A DNA stretch of 64,000 bases from Rotaria socialis (lineage: Eukaryota). Shown piece by piece: positions 13,611 to 28,100 of this stretch (position 1 is its first letter; the number at the start of each line of letters is the position of its first letter). The DNA lies in the NCBI GenBank assembly GCA_905331295.1, contig CAJNYD010000225.1:186001-250000 (forward strand), written 5' to 3'. The position numbers and the translations under genes are program-made. A model generated the notes under the pieces. The model was given only the letters and a program-made list of their open reading frames with translations, had not been told where the DNA came from and did no database searches.

Positions 13611-16046
13611 TAAGTAAAATCTCTTGATTAGGAAAACTCAGTAAAGTGATCTCAAAAGATAGAAGAACACTACGATCAACATCAAAGGAGCGAAATATAT
13701 AATCGAAGACGTTCTCGGTGAAAAAAAACACTTTATCCAGATCATAGATGCTTATAGAGCAGAAAACATGAGTATATTTTGTGTTTTTGTCTTACCATCA
13801 AAGGAAACTTTGCTATAGGTTCTATTTTCTCAAACTATGAGAAGAAGTAATTGGTCACATGATTGCTTCTCATTTTTTTTTATTAAGTTCATCGTAAATA
13901 ACAAAATACTTACGGGAACATGAAGTTAAACGTAATGAATAACAAAAGTAATCAGTGTTGGCTTTATCAAATTGAATCTAGATCTCAAGGATAAACAAGA
14001 GAAGAAAAACTTCTAATGAATCCTACACGAAGCCACGTTAGATGCATTATTTTGTCTTAGTTGTTTCTTGTTAAATTCTACGATAAAATATTTGCACTAT
14101 TAGTAATTCCACCAAAACAATTAGATTTGTGAATTTAGGTAAATAATAAGGATAAAAATATCAACATGTCGTTAACAAGTAACATGGAAGTCAACTGTAA
14201 GAACTCTATTAATGAATTCAGATATATTTAAACATCAATTGGCTTTGATGAAATTAATTGGTCTTATACTGAAAGAAAAAAATATTTATTCAAGACACTC
14301 AAAGATAAGAAAAAATAATGATCTACGATTTCTAAATATAGAGTAAGCAAGATTATAGTAGTCTAGTGAATTCGAGATCCTTATTAGAGCCTACTTAAGC
14401 AAGGTGTATCCATCATTCTGAAATACTGACTATTTTATTAACACATTTCATACTCATTTGTTAAAATTATAAATTTAATTGTAATCTATCTTGATAAAAA
14501 TTTTTGTTGATAGCTAATCGATCTAACTCAAGACAGTAGATTTCATTGGTATCATAAAATCTCATAGAAAAATTATTTAAAAAAAGTCTTGATACCGAAA
14601 AGTAGCTCGTCTTCCTCTCTTTCTGTTTATGTCAATTCAATTGTTTCTAATTTATGTGAAGAGAATAATTCAATTTAGAAGATCGTCCAAAACAAGTCGT
14701 TGAGCGAAAGTTGAGTCATACAATTTATTATACGTCCAGTTTCACTATAATTCAACGTAGAGGGTTGAGATTTTCTGTGGACATCATATCGACATGAACT
14801 GTACTTTTGACGAAAACCACTCGTCAAAAGACAACACTATGAGGGAGTTATACGCAAAACAAAATCCTCCAAAAAATATTGTCCAGGACTGTATACATAT
14901 GTTGTGGCCGAAGTTAGAATTGGACTGAATTCTAACTTCGGTCACAAAATATATACTAGAGAGATTTCGTACATATTGCATGGCTGTTTTTTTTCTGTAA
15001 AGTTTCATATCTATGTTTCAATCTTGACCCAATAACAAACAGTCAGACACTTCGCATTATATATAGAGAGATAAACCTTATAACCTTATACTATTGTAGC
15101 TTTAACTCCTCCCCCTCTAGTCTTATCCATTTATAACCTTACGATCTTTAACACTGAACCTTTGACCCAACACAAGCCCACACTGAACATTATATATGTA
15201 GATATGCGTATATATATATATTTGTATTTGTTTTATTTACAATCTTTATACGTGGATAAAGCAGTGTGCGTGCTGATTAGGTATACCAGAGTTTTTTCAA
15301 AATTAGTCGAATAATAAGAGATCTTGAGCATTTTTCCTTTTTGGAACGCTCAAAAAGCACTTTTTGATCTGACATCATCAATATTCGTTTTAAAAACCGC
15401 TGCAAATTAACCAGTGCAATGTCAATCTTTTCGTCTATCAAAATTTGTTTAAACAAACTTTGAAAATAACAAACTTTTTCTATCGATATCTAACAAATAT
15501 TGCATCGATTCAGTCCTACACAATTGTGATTTGCATAAGCGATTCAGCAAGACTTTAGCATTACAAAAAGATAGATTGCTATGTCATATCTCAAGCAATG
15601 CTCATATAATTTACATTGCGTTTTCGTCCTTGAATCTAGTAGTGCATGAATTGGACTATTTCGATATTTTTTAAATTTTACGCCCGAAACATATTTTAGC
15701 TAATCTTCTCATATTTAATTGTTCGCAGAAGCTAAAATATTCAAATATTTGCTTTATTTTATTAAAATATAAACGATTGAAATCCACGACATGAAATGAT
15801 GTATAAATGCAAATGAACATTTTGTAATTGTCACGAGAAAAATCCATGGGTTTTTCTCCCACCAGACTTCAATTATTATTCATAGCCAATTGATTCTTGT
15901 CTTGCATTACTAAAAATCATCTCATATATCATTAATGAAATAACCGATAAGATTAATGTTTTCTTCTCCTGTTTATCTGACAAAACAAAAACTAATTTTT
16001 CTTGGCCTTATATTTAAATCAGTACAGATCTTTACAATAGTTCTAT

Positions 16047-18785
16047 TCAGTTGACTCTTAGAAAAATTGTAATAAAAGAAATAGTTGATACTTTTACATA
16101 AATCATTGATTTTTCATCTTTTCTTCGTCCGGATGTTTGACATAGGAATACGGTGGAAAAGTCTTGCAGTACATCTGCTGAATGATACAATGGTTTCCAA
16201 GTTCGTAGAGTTTCTACTCTAGAACAATTATCTTTTGTTTGTTGTTGATCTTGAGTGATTATTTTTAATAATATATCATTATCAATAGCAAGTTCAACTA
16301 GACAAGGAAGATGAGTTCGACAAAGCAATTGTTTAGCGTAATCCAAATGAATGTCGAATAAAATCAGAGTAATTAAATTAGTAAATTCAAGATTATTTGT
16401 CGTTGTTTTTATTTTCTCTTGTTGTTCAAGCCCATTGAGTACGTCGAGTGTTCTAAGCTGAGGTAAAGCTTGAGAGACACGTTCAAAGAAATCACTTTCG
16501 AACGGTTGAATATCATCGAAAAGTAACGACTTGGTAACCATTGCGAATGTCCTATTAGTATCAAAGAGTGGAAATCGATTTGAAATAAAATCAAGACGAG
16601 TACCTATAAATGGAAGTGAATAGATTTGACATTGATCATATTTATCACTGAAATAATCGATTACACAATCAACAGATTGTTGTTGATGTTTAATAAAACT
16701 TTGACGAAGCGTATCGATTTCTACATGAGAAGGTTTTTTAATATTGAACGAATAGGAAAATGAAATTGATGTAAATAAGGCATATATGAAATAATATTTT
16801 TCTCCAAATCAAATCCATCAATAAAATGGTTGGGTCAAATTCCTTCGAAACCAATAACTAATAATAATGTTAAATATTCGACATTGGATAAACGTTGTAG
16901 AACAGGAAGAAAACACTCCTCATAGTACGTAATAGTACGATAGATTGTTATTGACAATTGTTTCGAATTGGGACATGAAATCTAAATCAATAACTTAAAT
17001 CAGATTTTAAATTAATAAATATTATTTACCGATTAAATTTCAGATAAAATCCCAACATTTGCTAAAGAAACAAACATAATGTTCACAGTGAACGAACATA
17101 ATCGTGAGCGTAATCGATTAAGTAAACAAATACAATGGTCAAATTGAAATAATGTTATTCGGATATGAGTTAGATGAATTAATTCATGGAAAAATAAACT
17201 ATCACCATTAAATATATTTAGTAAAATACAATCATCATCCAGTTCGAACGATACAATGGAACGCATAACCGATGAGCAAAGAAGTGTAGATAGGATGCAA
17301 CCAGATTTGCTCTTATCCATAATAACAAATTGAGGTATATTTGAGAAGAGAGGATTATACCTTGAAATTCCATAAAGATTGTTACCTAATTATATATACA
17401 AATGTTACAATATAATATTTTTCAATTTTCGATATTTTCAACAACTATAGTTTTTATAAGAAATTTAGAAAATGATGTAGTAAATTCATTATTCATCTCT
17501 CTAAATTGTCCAAAGACGTACATCGCGCGCACGGGCGAAATTTTTTTTGAGATCAGCCTCTACGCCCCCATCTCTTTGTTGGTATGTCCGCCGAGGAAAC
17601 GTACTTTTATGATACCAACTGTTAAACTCTGTCGCTAGAAGTTATACAAAAAGAATTTTTATCGAACGCTGAAAACTTAAGAGAAGGAATTGAATGACTG
17701 AGAGGCCCATTCTTTAGGATATGCTCATAGTTTTATTAGCACTTCCTCCTTTCCTCACCAACACCAATTAGACTTAGACATCCATGGACGAGGATGTCTT
17801 TGTTCTACAAACTATAAGTTTTCTAATAGGCTTGCATCGAGATCAGTTTTTCGCTAATTAATAGAAATATGCGTACTTTTGTACTTTTCATTAATTTGTG
17901 CTAACTTTATGTAAAATGATCCTCTATTTGTCTCGGAGAATTATAATTTCAACGCTAAACTTTTATGCTGTGGAAGTTTATCTCATTTTGATATTCATGC
18001 GTTAAATATAACAATTAAATCTAAACCAATGTCGATTAAAACTTATCCGCACATAATAAAACCAACCTAACTGGACACTTACTGGATTTCACTGTGACGA
18101 GTATGAGATTGAAATTCGTCTTCAACTGAAGTTTATGGAAACTTGACTATAATATTGGTTGAAATGGAAACAAAGTACTGTATAAATATATATATATATT
18201 TTTATTTGCTCGGTTATATCTTTCTCAAGTAAATATTTGTCAAGTATGTTTTAAACTTTATATGCTGAAATTGAACTAAAGGGATATCGAATCATAGCTT
18301 AAAAAATCATACTTCATAATAGTTTACCTAATATATAAGGCGTGCCTGTTATAGACCGTTTTCTACCCATCATTATTTTCAAATGTGTCAAATTTGGAAG
18401 AATTTCATTAGAATTTCTTTCAGCAAAAGTACTAATGTTTGGAATATGTTGAATGTTCAAGGTTAATGATTGAACATTATTAATGATACAAGGCAAAACA
18501 TGTGAATAAAAACGTTGAATAAGATTTTGATATGGTGATCGAAAATAATCAAAAGTTAAATCAATTGAATGACATTTATCAAGTGCAAGTTCTTCTAAAC
18601 GATTATTACCAACAGTAATAATAGAACAAAGCAATAACACTTTAGGTTTGACTTTGTTCATAATAATTAAAATTAACTCATCAGATAAATCGACCAGCTC
18701 AATGCGATCTTCTGTAGAGAAAAATATTAAAAACAAACAACATTATCAAAAAGTTATACATACTCATACTTGATGAACAATTCAT
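16047..18785 (-). pseudogene. F-box/LRR-like protein of the expanded rotifer-type family, disrupted
   Basis: N-terminal F-box-like LVDLSDELILIIMNKV and family motifs FIDGFDLEKNIISYMPYLHQFHF, CQIYSLPF and LFDDIQPFESDFFERVSQALPQL. In-frame TGA at ~16835 and a 1-nt frameshift at ~16733. Confidence 0.75.
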
Positions 18786-20279
18786 TGTCAATACAATATG
18801 TCTACCTGAAAATAGAACAGAAGCATAATTATATAATGTTTGGCGAACATTGTCTAGACGATAGCCAGTCACTGATAATCAACTATTTTAACAAAAGATG
18901 CCTTACAAAAAAAAATGAAATATATACGTGAGTCAATCCGATGAGGACATTTACCAGATATTTTCAGTCTGAAATGTAGTTTATTCATTTTCGATGTATC
19001 TAACTGTAAAGGTGGCCCATTATATCACTAGAAACGATAGAATAGTTACTGTCATCTATTTTCCTATTAATAAGTGTGCACTTATGAACATTGTATACAA
19101 ATATTGATGTCGTATAATAAAAGTCGCATATATTCTAATAAGCTATTGGATATTTATGAATAATTCTTTTTAAATTTTAGCAATGACATCATTATTAACT
19201 TATAATTTGAAAAATAATTAATCTCTTGCATACCGACAATTTCTTGCGTTGTTTAATCAGAAAAGAAAAAAAATTTGAATCATTCTCTCTTACGTTCTCT
19301 CTTCATCTTTCAATTGTATACATGTTATGATCTACATATGCTATGCTGGAAAACGCATTCATATTGTCAACAATGAAAAATAAAATCGAACAAAAATATT
19401 CGTATAAGAATATTCTAGTCAAAATTATTAACGAATTTTATGGTACATTTTGTTCTAACGCTTTATTGGTCTTGAGAGAACATCTCTAACAATATCTTTT
19501 CATCGATATTTTTGTACTAAACATTTTGTTTTTTTCTACCAAAAAAAGGAAAACATTAAGTCTCTACCATATCGGATTGTAGTGCTGTATCAAAAAAAGG
19601 CAAAAATTAATACAAATTCTACGCCCTTAATAGTATCTTGAGAAAGACCTATTGCAAAATATTATTTTGTCACATATCATTGTAGAGCAAGACAATTGAC
19701 ACTAACGTATTAACTCTTATGAATACTAAAACTATCAATTTGCTTATTTCTCTAATCTTCAAATTATCATAATAGTAAAACATAGTTAATCATTTTTCTC
19801 AATGAAAACAAATTCTAACGATTCTATCATACTTTCTTCCTTAAATTCTATCAATTATAACAATCGTTGTTTTGTTTTCGTGTTAATAATACATGAGCAC
19901 AGAATCATACGATCTATTCAAGGGTTGAACTATGTTATTTATTTGAATCTGTGCATGGTAAAGATTTATATGTGCTATTATCTTCCATTCGAAATAATGA
20001 CATAAAAGAAAAAATGGTTCGACAAATACAAACAATCAAACGGTGATAACATTTCTTTGTTCGATTATGATTGTTGACCACGCATGTATGTAGAGGGTTA
20101 GATCAGAAAGGTAAAAAATAAACCGAAAAAAGAAAGAAAAAGAAAGAACAAATAATATTGAATCGATTTCCAAGTATTAGTGTGCTATTTTTATTGTTTG
20201 TGTTCGTTTTTCACCAGCAATTGATAGATACAAAATAAAAGAATTAATAGGCTAAAGTTATTTTGTTGTAGAAATTAAT

Positions 20280-20917
20280 TTATTTAAACAAACGAGCACG
20301 TAATTGTTTAATACCATCTAATTTACGTTTCATGTTATTTAATTCATAACGATTTTTTAACTAAAATTAGAAAGAATTAATTTTAAAATAATAATAGAAG
20401 AAAAATATGATTGTAAGAATAACTAACGGCATCGGCTTCTAATTGATAGAATCGTGTTGCAACACCATCCGAGTTAAGAAGAAATTCACGTGATATGTCA
20501 CTGCGTTCACGAATGTCATAGATTTTATCAGCACATTCATCATTTATGCGTAAAAATTCTCTTAAGAAAAAGATAATAGTTTTGTAATAGATCAATAGAA
20601 AATTGATCTTACTTTCCAGCTTCCGCTTGATCTTCGCATCTCCATGTTGATGGTTTATGGTCAACTTGTTTACCTAATGATTTATATTGTGAACCAACAT
20701 CATTAACATGATTTTTTTCTAACCATGCATACTAGAAAATAGAAAACTAGTTATTTTGCAAAACAATTCATTTTGTTTTTACTCGGTTTTGATAACGATC
20801 GTGAAATTCTGCTCGATCACTTCCGTGAGATATTGGAGTAAAGTCCAAATGGCTTGATGGACTTCTATAAGTGGAGTTTGACGTTGATGATGAATATGTA
20901 TCGTAAGATGAACGCAT
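20280..20917 (-). CDS. Small four-exon hypothetical protein (~150 aa) with C-terminal coiled-coil-like end
   Basis: ATG 20917 (MRSSYDTYSSSTSNSTYRSP...). Three short GT-AG introns keep the frame through ...EFLRINDECADKIYDIRERS...LKNRYELNNMKRKLDGIKQLRARLFK*. Confidence 0.7.
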
Positions 20918-23900
20918 TTTTATATTATGATTCTATTAAGATATATCTACAGAATAGTATAAACAGCATTATTGTTTAAGATATAAAGTTACTACGTAAT
21001 CGAGTCCAAAAACAAAGGAAGAAAAAGCTAATAAATGGAATGAACAGAAGCGACTGATTGAGCCTGAACAATTGCTCTTTTATTGTCAGACACGTATCTA
21101 CAAAAAAAAATGAATTACTGCTACCGAGTTGAATATACGTATATATGGCATTTTCTGTTCTTCTATTTAATATCGTCTTAACTGATACTTACACTCGGTT
21201 ATTGTTTTCCAAGAAAACTCTTTTACTCTCTCGCTTTTTTCTCTGTTACTTATTAGATACCAACACGATTACAAAGATAGCGACAATAGTTGTTGTGTTG
21301 TTTTGAGATTTATGGTTTTCTTCTTCTTCTATCTATCCGTATCTCTGTCTCGGTCCCTGTCTCCGTCTATTTGGCTCCTTGGTTCTTAATACTATCACCC
21401 AAGAAAAAAATAAACAGGCTCGATTATGGCAAAGAACACGTATGAAGAAAATAAAAGGCATTAACGTTTAGTCTGATCTTTTATATTATGCCTACTAAAG
21501 ACAAATAACAACATCAGCGGAAAAAAACGATGGCGAATGAAAGAAGAATCGTGTATATGTATATGCATATTTGTATGTGTGTATTTCTAGTCCTAAAAAT
21601 ACGGAGACAATTTTCTTGTTCTGTATCCCTCTTTTTTTCTCATTCTCGCTTGGATGCAGCCGCAATATCCGATGATGATTGGAAAGTCAGTTGTTATATA
21701 TGCCTATTCATGGCCAAGAAAAGAGGCAACTAGATAGTAATAACAGTAGAGCAATAGGGAAAAAAAAGAAGAACTCGAAATAGTACATATCAACGTAAAT
21801 AAGATTATCCTATACTTAGTAAATGATGTTTATCTCAGGTTTTTTGAAAATATAAAGAAAGAAAAAAATTGTATCATATTATAAAGTCGTCGTGACAAAT
21901 ATCCAGCCATTCGATAAATCGACTTGCTTTTTTTCCATTATTCACCGTAAAGATTTTGCTAGTTTAGATATTCAATCACGTTTGCTTTGCTGTCGAATAT
22001 CATCAAGGACGTTTTTATCTTTCTATTAAGTAGGCGTATTGATAAGAACGTAGGCGTATACTTAGTTGCGATTAAGTTATTGCGATGGATTCATTTATGA
22101 CAGTACATTTCTATAGACGGGAATTCTAACCAGTTTTCGATGTGATGTTCTTGTTCTTGTTGTTATTATTATTATTATTCCTATTATAAATTACCGTTTT
22201 GTTGCATAAGAGCATTGAGCTTCGGTTTTTGAAAGATATTTCTTTATAGTTGAAACAGTAATCTATCCTTTTTTTGGAAACAATCTCAGTTTTTTAGTTA
22301 TTCTAATGAATGATAAAAGATACCAAGTTTTATATTTGGAAATATATTTTGTCCAAAGAAATATTCATTGGATGGTGTGATGAATATAGATTGATTTGTT
22401 TATCATCTATGCCTTATCTATCTAAATAAACTTTTGAAGTGATAGAATAAATCTCAAATATCTCGCTGATTTATCTGCAACCTAAGACTTCTTCAGTCCT
22501 TGAATACACAAAGTAGAATGTCAAGGAATTTTTAATAACGATCGTCTCTCTTCTGCATATCTATTAATTGAATATCTTAACTTAATCAAACAATAAATGC
22601 AAGCGATTGTCAATTCAATATTGCTATCACAAGAAAAATATGTATACGAATCATTTTCTATTTTAATTAGATATAAAAGAAAAACAGAAGTTTATGAGAA
22701 TAATTTGTTCAAGTTATATTGATTTCTACAATAAGCTTTGTAACATCGATTCCTATTGATAAACCATTCAATATATGTATCTCAACAAGGTCAAACTACA
22801 TTGGTGAAGCTAATAGAATTGCATCATAATTTACACAAAGAAAACATTATGCATACGAATCAAAAGAATAAGCAACGATAAAATAGCCAAGGTATTAAAC
22901 ATTGAGTTGCAGAAAACCTTATGCATTTTATTCTTTTCGATTGTTTTGATAATTTAAATGAATGATTTCTCTATGTAAACGACATAGTCTGTTATTTCTT
23001 TTCCAGACTATGAAAAATAGAGTATTTATTGGATAATGCACGAATAGTTCTTAAAATTTAGTGACAAAGTAATCATGTGTAAACTGTTTTTACTTGAATG
23101 CATGTAAAATTGTAATTGATGTTTTCATTTCTAGATTCTTTCACAAATAAGAATAAGCTAATAGAACTAATAGATTAGGACATAATCTCGAGTAAGATTA
23201 GAATTTGCTGTTCACCTGAGATGTATGAGAATTCTAATTGTTAAAATAAATGTAGTATATCAAATTGTCATTAGTTTATATAAAAAAGAAATAAAGACTA
23301 GACAAGATTTAGCTATAAAAAAATCAGACAAGACATTAAATCGAACAATAATTATCTTGCTTTGCATTATTTATAAAGGTTGAGTCAACTTTTTCCTGCA
23401 TTTGAAATCATATATTTTAACTACTCAATTGTATCAAGAACAACATTCTATGATCGAGATTGATTATATCGACCATATTGTAAGAAGTGTGTCCAATATA
23501 GATATGAAAAAACCAAGTTTAATTAAATATAATAAATTCATTATATAAACATGCATGTCCAAGAGATCTGATAGAAGTCGAGATAGTAACAACAAGTATT
23601 CACGTGTATTTCTGGCTGGTCTCTTTGCAGCAATACTAGTTAATCGTTATCAACTAATGCTATTAACATATTCTAGTAATATTCACTAGAGTATATGTAT
23701 ATATATAGAAGATCAGTCGATATCTTCTAACCTTTCCTTTTTAAAATCGTAACATGAAATTGGTTGACGGTCTAGTAAACTTGAGACAAGTGTGTCAAAA
23801 TGAACTTATGTTCTTTATAACTTCTTAAATTTTGCTTTCAACACATTAATAATCAATTTATATAAGACTCAAAGGCATTCGACCAGTACAAAATTTTTAA

Positions 23901-25188
23901 TTATTTAGTCACTTATTGAGATAATTTATTCGAAACTACTTATCTGGTTTCTTGAAAAAAACATGATATAGCAACAACAACACTAAGATTCTTCTTCGGG
24001 CAGATTTAGTCTGCTTCGTTTCCCAATACTGTCAAAGAAAATGCAAAATTTTCTTTGTCCAAACTGTCTTACAGAAACAAAAAGAACTAAATAATTATTG
24101 ACATTGACAACTGAGTAATTTATCGATGATACAATTCCTACGCGTCTAGCTACATGTCTGTGTCTATCTCGTCATTTGTGACACTAGAAATGAGGGTCAA
24201 GTATCTAAGTTGTCATGCCAACAAATGAATCTAAAAGGCGCTATCCTTGGCGGAAGTACCATATAAAGTTTACAAAAACTTTTGATTTGACGTTTTAATG
24301 GCTCATAAAGCTTTTTTTTAATAATTTTAAGTTTAAATAGGATTTCCCTGTTTAATCCTCTGGTTGCAGCGATGTAGACGGTTATCACTGCGATTCAGGT
24401 ATCATACAAAACTTTTCATGTCTTAATCAGCAGACCTATCAGACATTTACAAATATTTAAAATGCTACATATTACAGTGCTACAGGTACTCTGCCTATTT
24501 GTAGCCAACGCCACTCCTATATGAGTAAATGCGTCAAAAGAATCTGAAAATAAAATACACACTGACAGTTTTCACACGAAGCATGAAATAACGTTAATTA
24601 CAAATTCATGTGTTTGAATTAAATATTTTCCGTTGCATAGTATAATAAAGTATGACCCTACTAATAATTTTCTTCTTGTGTACTGTTAAAAATAAACAAA
24701 AAAAACCTGAGTTGTTCAATATTGATATTGAATACTAAACTAATTATTAAAACAATAAATTGAATATTCATCTTTTTCATATGTTTTAGATCACTAGTTT
24801 TCGTTTTCATGCAAAAAAAGAGTATTGACTCATAAAATCAAGTACTGGAGACTATATTTTATTTATGAATATTTCTCTCACTAAAATAAGAAATAAAATT
24901 AATATAAGAAATGTTTTTTCCTCACTGGAATATTATTCATCTCGAAATACGAAGAGTAATAGATACACAAATAGGCAACTTGTTATCAAACCACACTGCT
25001 ACGGATAGCAAAAGAAAAGCGAGCATACAAGATAAATATACATAGTGAAAGAGAAAAAGAATATTTATCAGACACGTTATAAAAAATTAAATTATTAGTG
25101 CTATTCATGTATTTATATATATATATATATATAATGTTAGTGGGATTATTCAGATGGACGGAAATAAAATCACCGGAAGAAAATTAAA

Positions 25189-28100
25189 TTATCTTGATAT
25201 TTTCGATAGACTTCTTGATAGCGTTGTTTGCTGTTGAGCACTATTTGCTCTTTGAAAAGTCGTACTATCATCATTACGTACCGATAAACGATTTAAATAA
25301 TAGGGTCGTTGAGTAGATTCGCCGTAATGATGATGATTTACGATAACACCAGTACTATTATTTTTCTGTTCAAATATTCGTCTTCGAAATTCTTCTTTGA
25401 CACGGCGTGATTGAGAATACAGTTTTTCAAAAATTAAATGTAAATCATTGGGTCGAAATAATTTGATTAAAAGAGCTTCAATAACAATGTAAACGAATCG
25501 ACGATTAAGAGTGTCATTTTGTAACAATTCAAATAAACGTAGCAAACCCCGACGAGTTGTTTCACTACCAACTATATGACGAAGTTCGTCTAAGATAAAA
25601 AATAAAAATGATTTATTTCATTTTAATACACTTAACTGAAAAGATATTTAACGAAAATAATCATTTAAAAACAACGTAACATGTTTAGTAAATTATCTAT
25701 TTTGATATGAAATGAAATGAATATTTTGATAATATCAAACTTTTCAAATGAGTCAATAGAGTCTTATTGTGCTATTACTCAGTACGCATTGACCAAAGTC
25801 AATTGTAGATGATTTCATGTATTATACAATGCTTTAGAAGAACAATAATCTAGAAATAAATGCCTAATGGTTGTTAAATCAACATGTCACTAGAGATTAT
25901 TGATGTATTTTTTTTCTTTGAATGAATGTGATATTCTTCAATAAGCTCTTTGTAAGTGCTTTTCTGACATGATTCTTCACTAGTGATCTATGTGCATACT
26001 TTGATTTCAATGCATAAAATCATCAATATCAATCTAAAAAATGTTTCTAAACCTAGTAATCTGTTCGGTTTTCATAGAAAACCTTAAAACGGTAGAACAA
26101 AACAAGAAACTATTATAGAAAAATTGTTCTATAGAACCAAAAACTCGTAAGCAATAATCTTCAAGAGACTCGAGCTCATGATCATCTGACAAACATCTAT
26201 GATCATTGTAATGAGACCATAGAATTATTAAGTTCATTAATTCTTTGACACATACAGAATTTTCTCATGACTATTAAAATCTACGGATAAACAGAATTTC
26301 ATATCAGACAAAATCTTTCTAATTAAACCAAAATTTAAAGTTAACAATTAAAATAATATCTACATCGATAGATTAAATTTTGATTTCTTAAAGTCGTATC
26401 ACATTTTTCTTTACAAGTCATTAGTTATTAAAATAGCTTATTTACCTGAGACAATGCCAAGTAGTTTAGCTTTACATATTACTTGAGTTATATTACGAAC
26501 ACCAAAATCGCGTTCGGGTGATTTATCTGCTTGAATACTATTCGGCCAAAAATTCTCTCTAGAAAACAAAATCGTTCAAATTATTTACATTTAAAAAAAC
26601 TTTTTCGCCTCTAACTTGAATCGTCTTATTTCTTTCGCAATTTTCTTTGCTGATGTCCAATGTTGCACAAACGTTGCAATACGTCTAATAGAAGAAAAAA
26701 TTGAAATATAAAATGAAAAGAAATGGCACATACCGATTAACTGAGTCACCCATGAATGCTCGTAAAAATCGTTTTAAAATCGATACAAATCTTGAACGAA
26801 ACCACATATTTTTTTGTTTCAGATCAAATACTTCATCCATTATAACAAGAAGTACACGTAGTGGAATATTTTTTGCACTCTGAATAAAAAAAACAAGTAT
26901 TCTGTTTTGCGAACAGATAAAAAATATGAATCTATATATTACATCAGCTTGCGTTTCCTCAACAATAGAAAATGTTTGCATATCTTTACTCAAATTAATG
27001 TTCATGCGATTATTATTATTGTTTCCATTTGTTCGAAAGATTTTTCCAGCATTTTCAACAACACTATCTGAAACTATTGTTAACCCACCACCTATTTTTG
27101 ATACACCTTTAACAATGCCAATGGATGCTTGTTTAAACGGATTTGCAATTGTATCCATCTACGTAACAATTAAAAAAAATTGTTTATTAAAATAGCAACA
27201 GAAAACAAAAAGAAAAAAACCAATCGTGACAACACAGTAATACAAAGGAAACTTTTTTTCATTGTAAACTTGTGCAAAATGAATGTTAGTATTAGAATAC
27301 TAGAGACAAAGAAAAACAAACCGTAGTACTGAAAAAATCCTATAAGATAAAAATCAATAAGTAAAACCGCAGATGTATGTTGGTTAGGAACATCAAATCA
27401 TTTTGCATTTACTTCTCATGGACTACTGATTATCTAAAAATTATTCTTAGCATCTTGTTTGACATAAGGTACAATGCAGCGAATCTAATATCTCTGAGTA
27501 AAATCCTTAGTATCATATCACTTGATCAATTTTATTTTGCACTTATTAGACAAAAATCTAATTTTTGCAATACTTGTATTGTTTAGAATCAAAACAGTGT
27601 GTTCTGAAGAAAAGTTGCACGTGCATAATGAATTCTAATTCATGAAAAAAAGAACGGTTTCATAGTTGGCCTATTTATCAATGAACTAAGCCTAAAAACA
27701 AAAATGAACCATCATTGCAAAGCTAGCCAGTAGAACGAATGTCGTTTCTTCAATCTTGACATCTATGACTACTTGGTGAATATTGATGTTATTCGCTAGA
27801 TGAGAGATTTATTTTCGAGTTTTACCTTTCGAGCTAATTCTGTTTGTTCAAGTTTCCATTGTTGATTGCGTAAAAATTTATATATAAGTTCTCCAAGGCC
27901 TTGATTATGTTGAATAACTTTTGGATTGGTTAATTCCTGAATAGAAATGATACAAATAATAAAAAGAAGAAGAAGAAGAAGATAGACTTACTGTTAAATA
28001 ATCGTTCAACTCTTTTTGACGTTTTAAACGTACTTCTGAACTTGTATTATTCATAAAACCTTTATTTGGTAAATGAATATGCTGTTTTAGATTAGGGAAA

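Noticed and set aside
14762..15030. GGGTTGAGAT...ATCTTGACCC possible MITE (similar case at 24194-24659)
   Set aside because: The inverted match is too short and imperfect and there is no TSD.
27320..27800. Possible microexons in an SNX13 intron (AG...GT-bounded 7-23 nt pieces)
   Set aside because: They give stops or phase mismatches or need a 30-nt intron; the direct ARK|MDT junction already matches the family.
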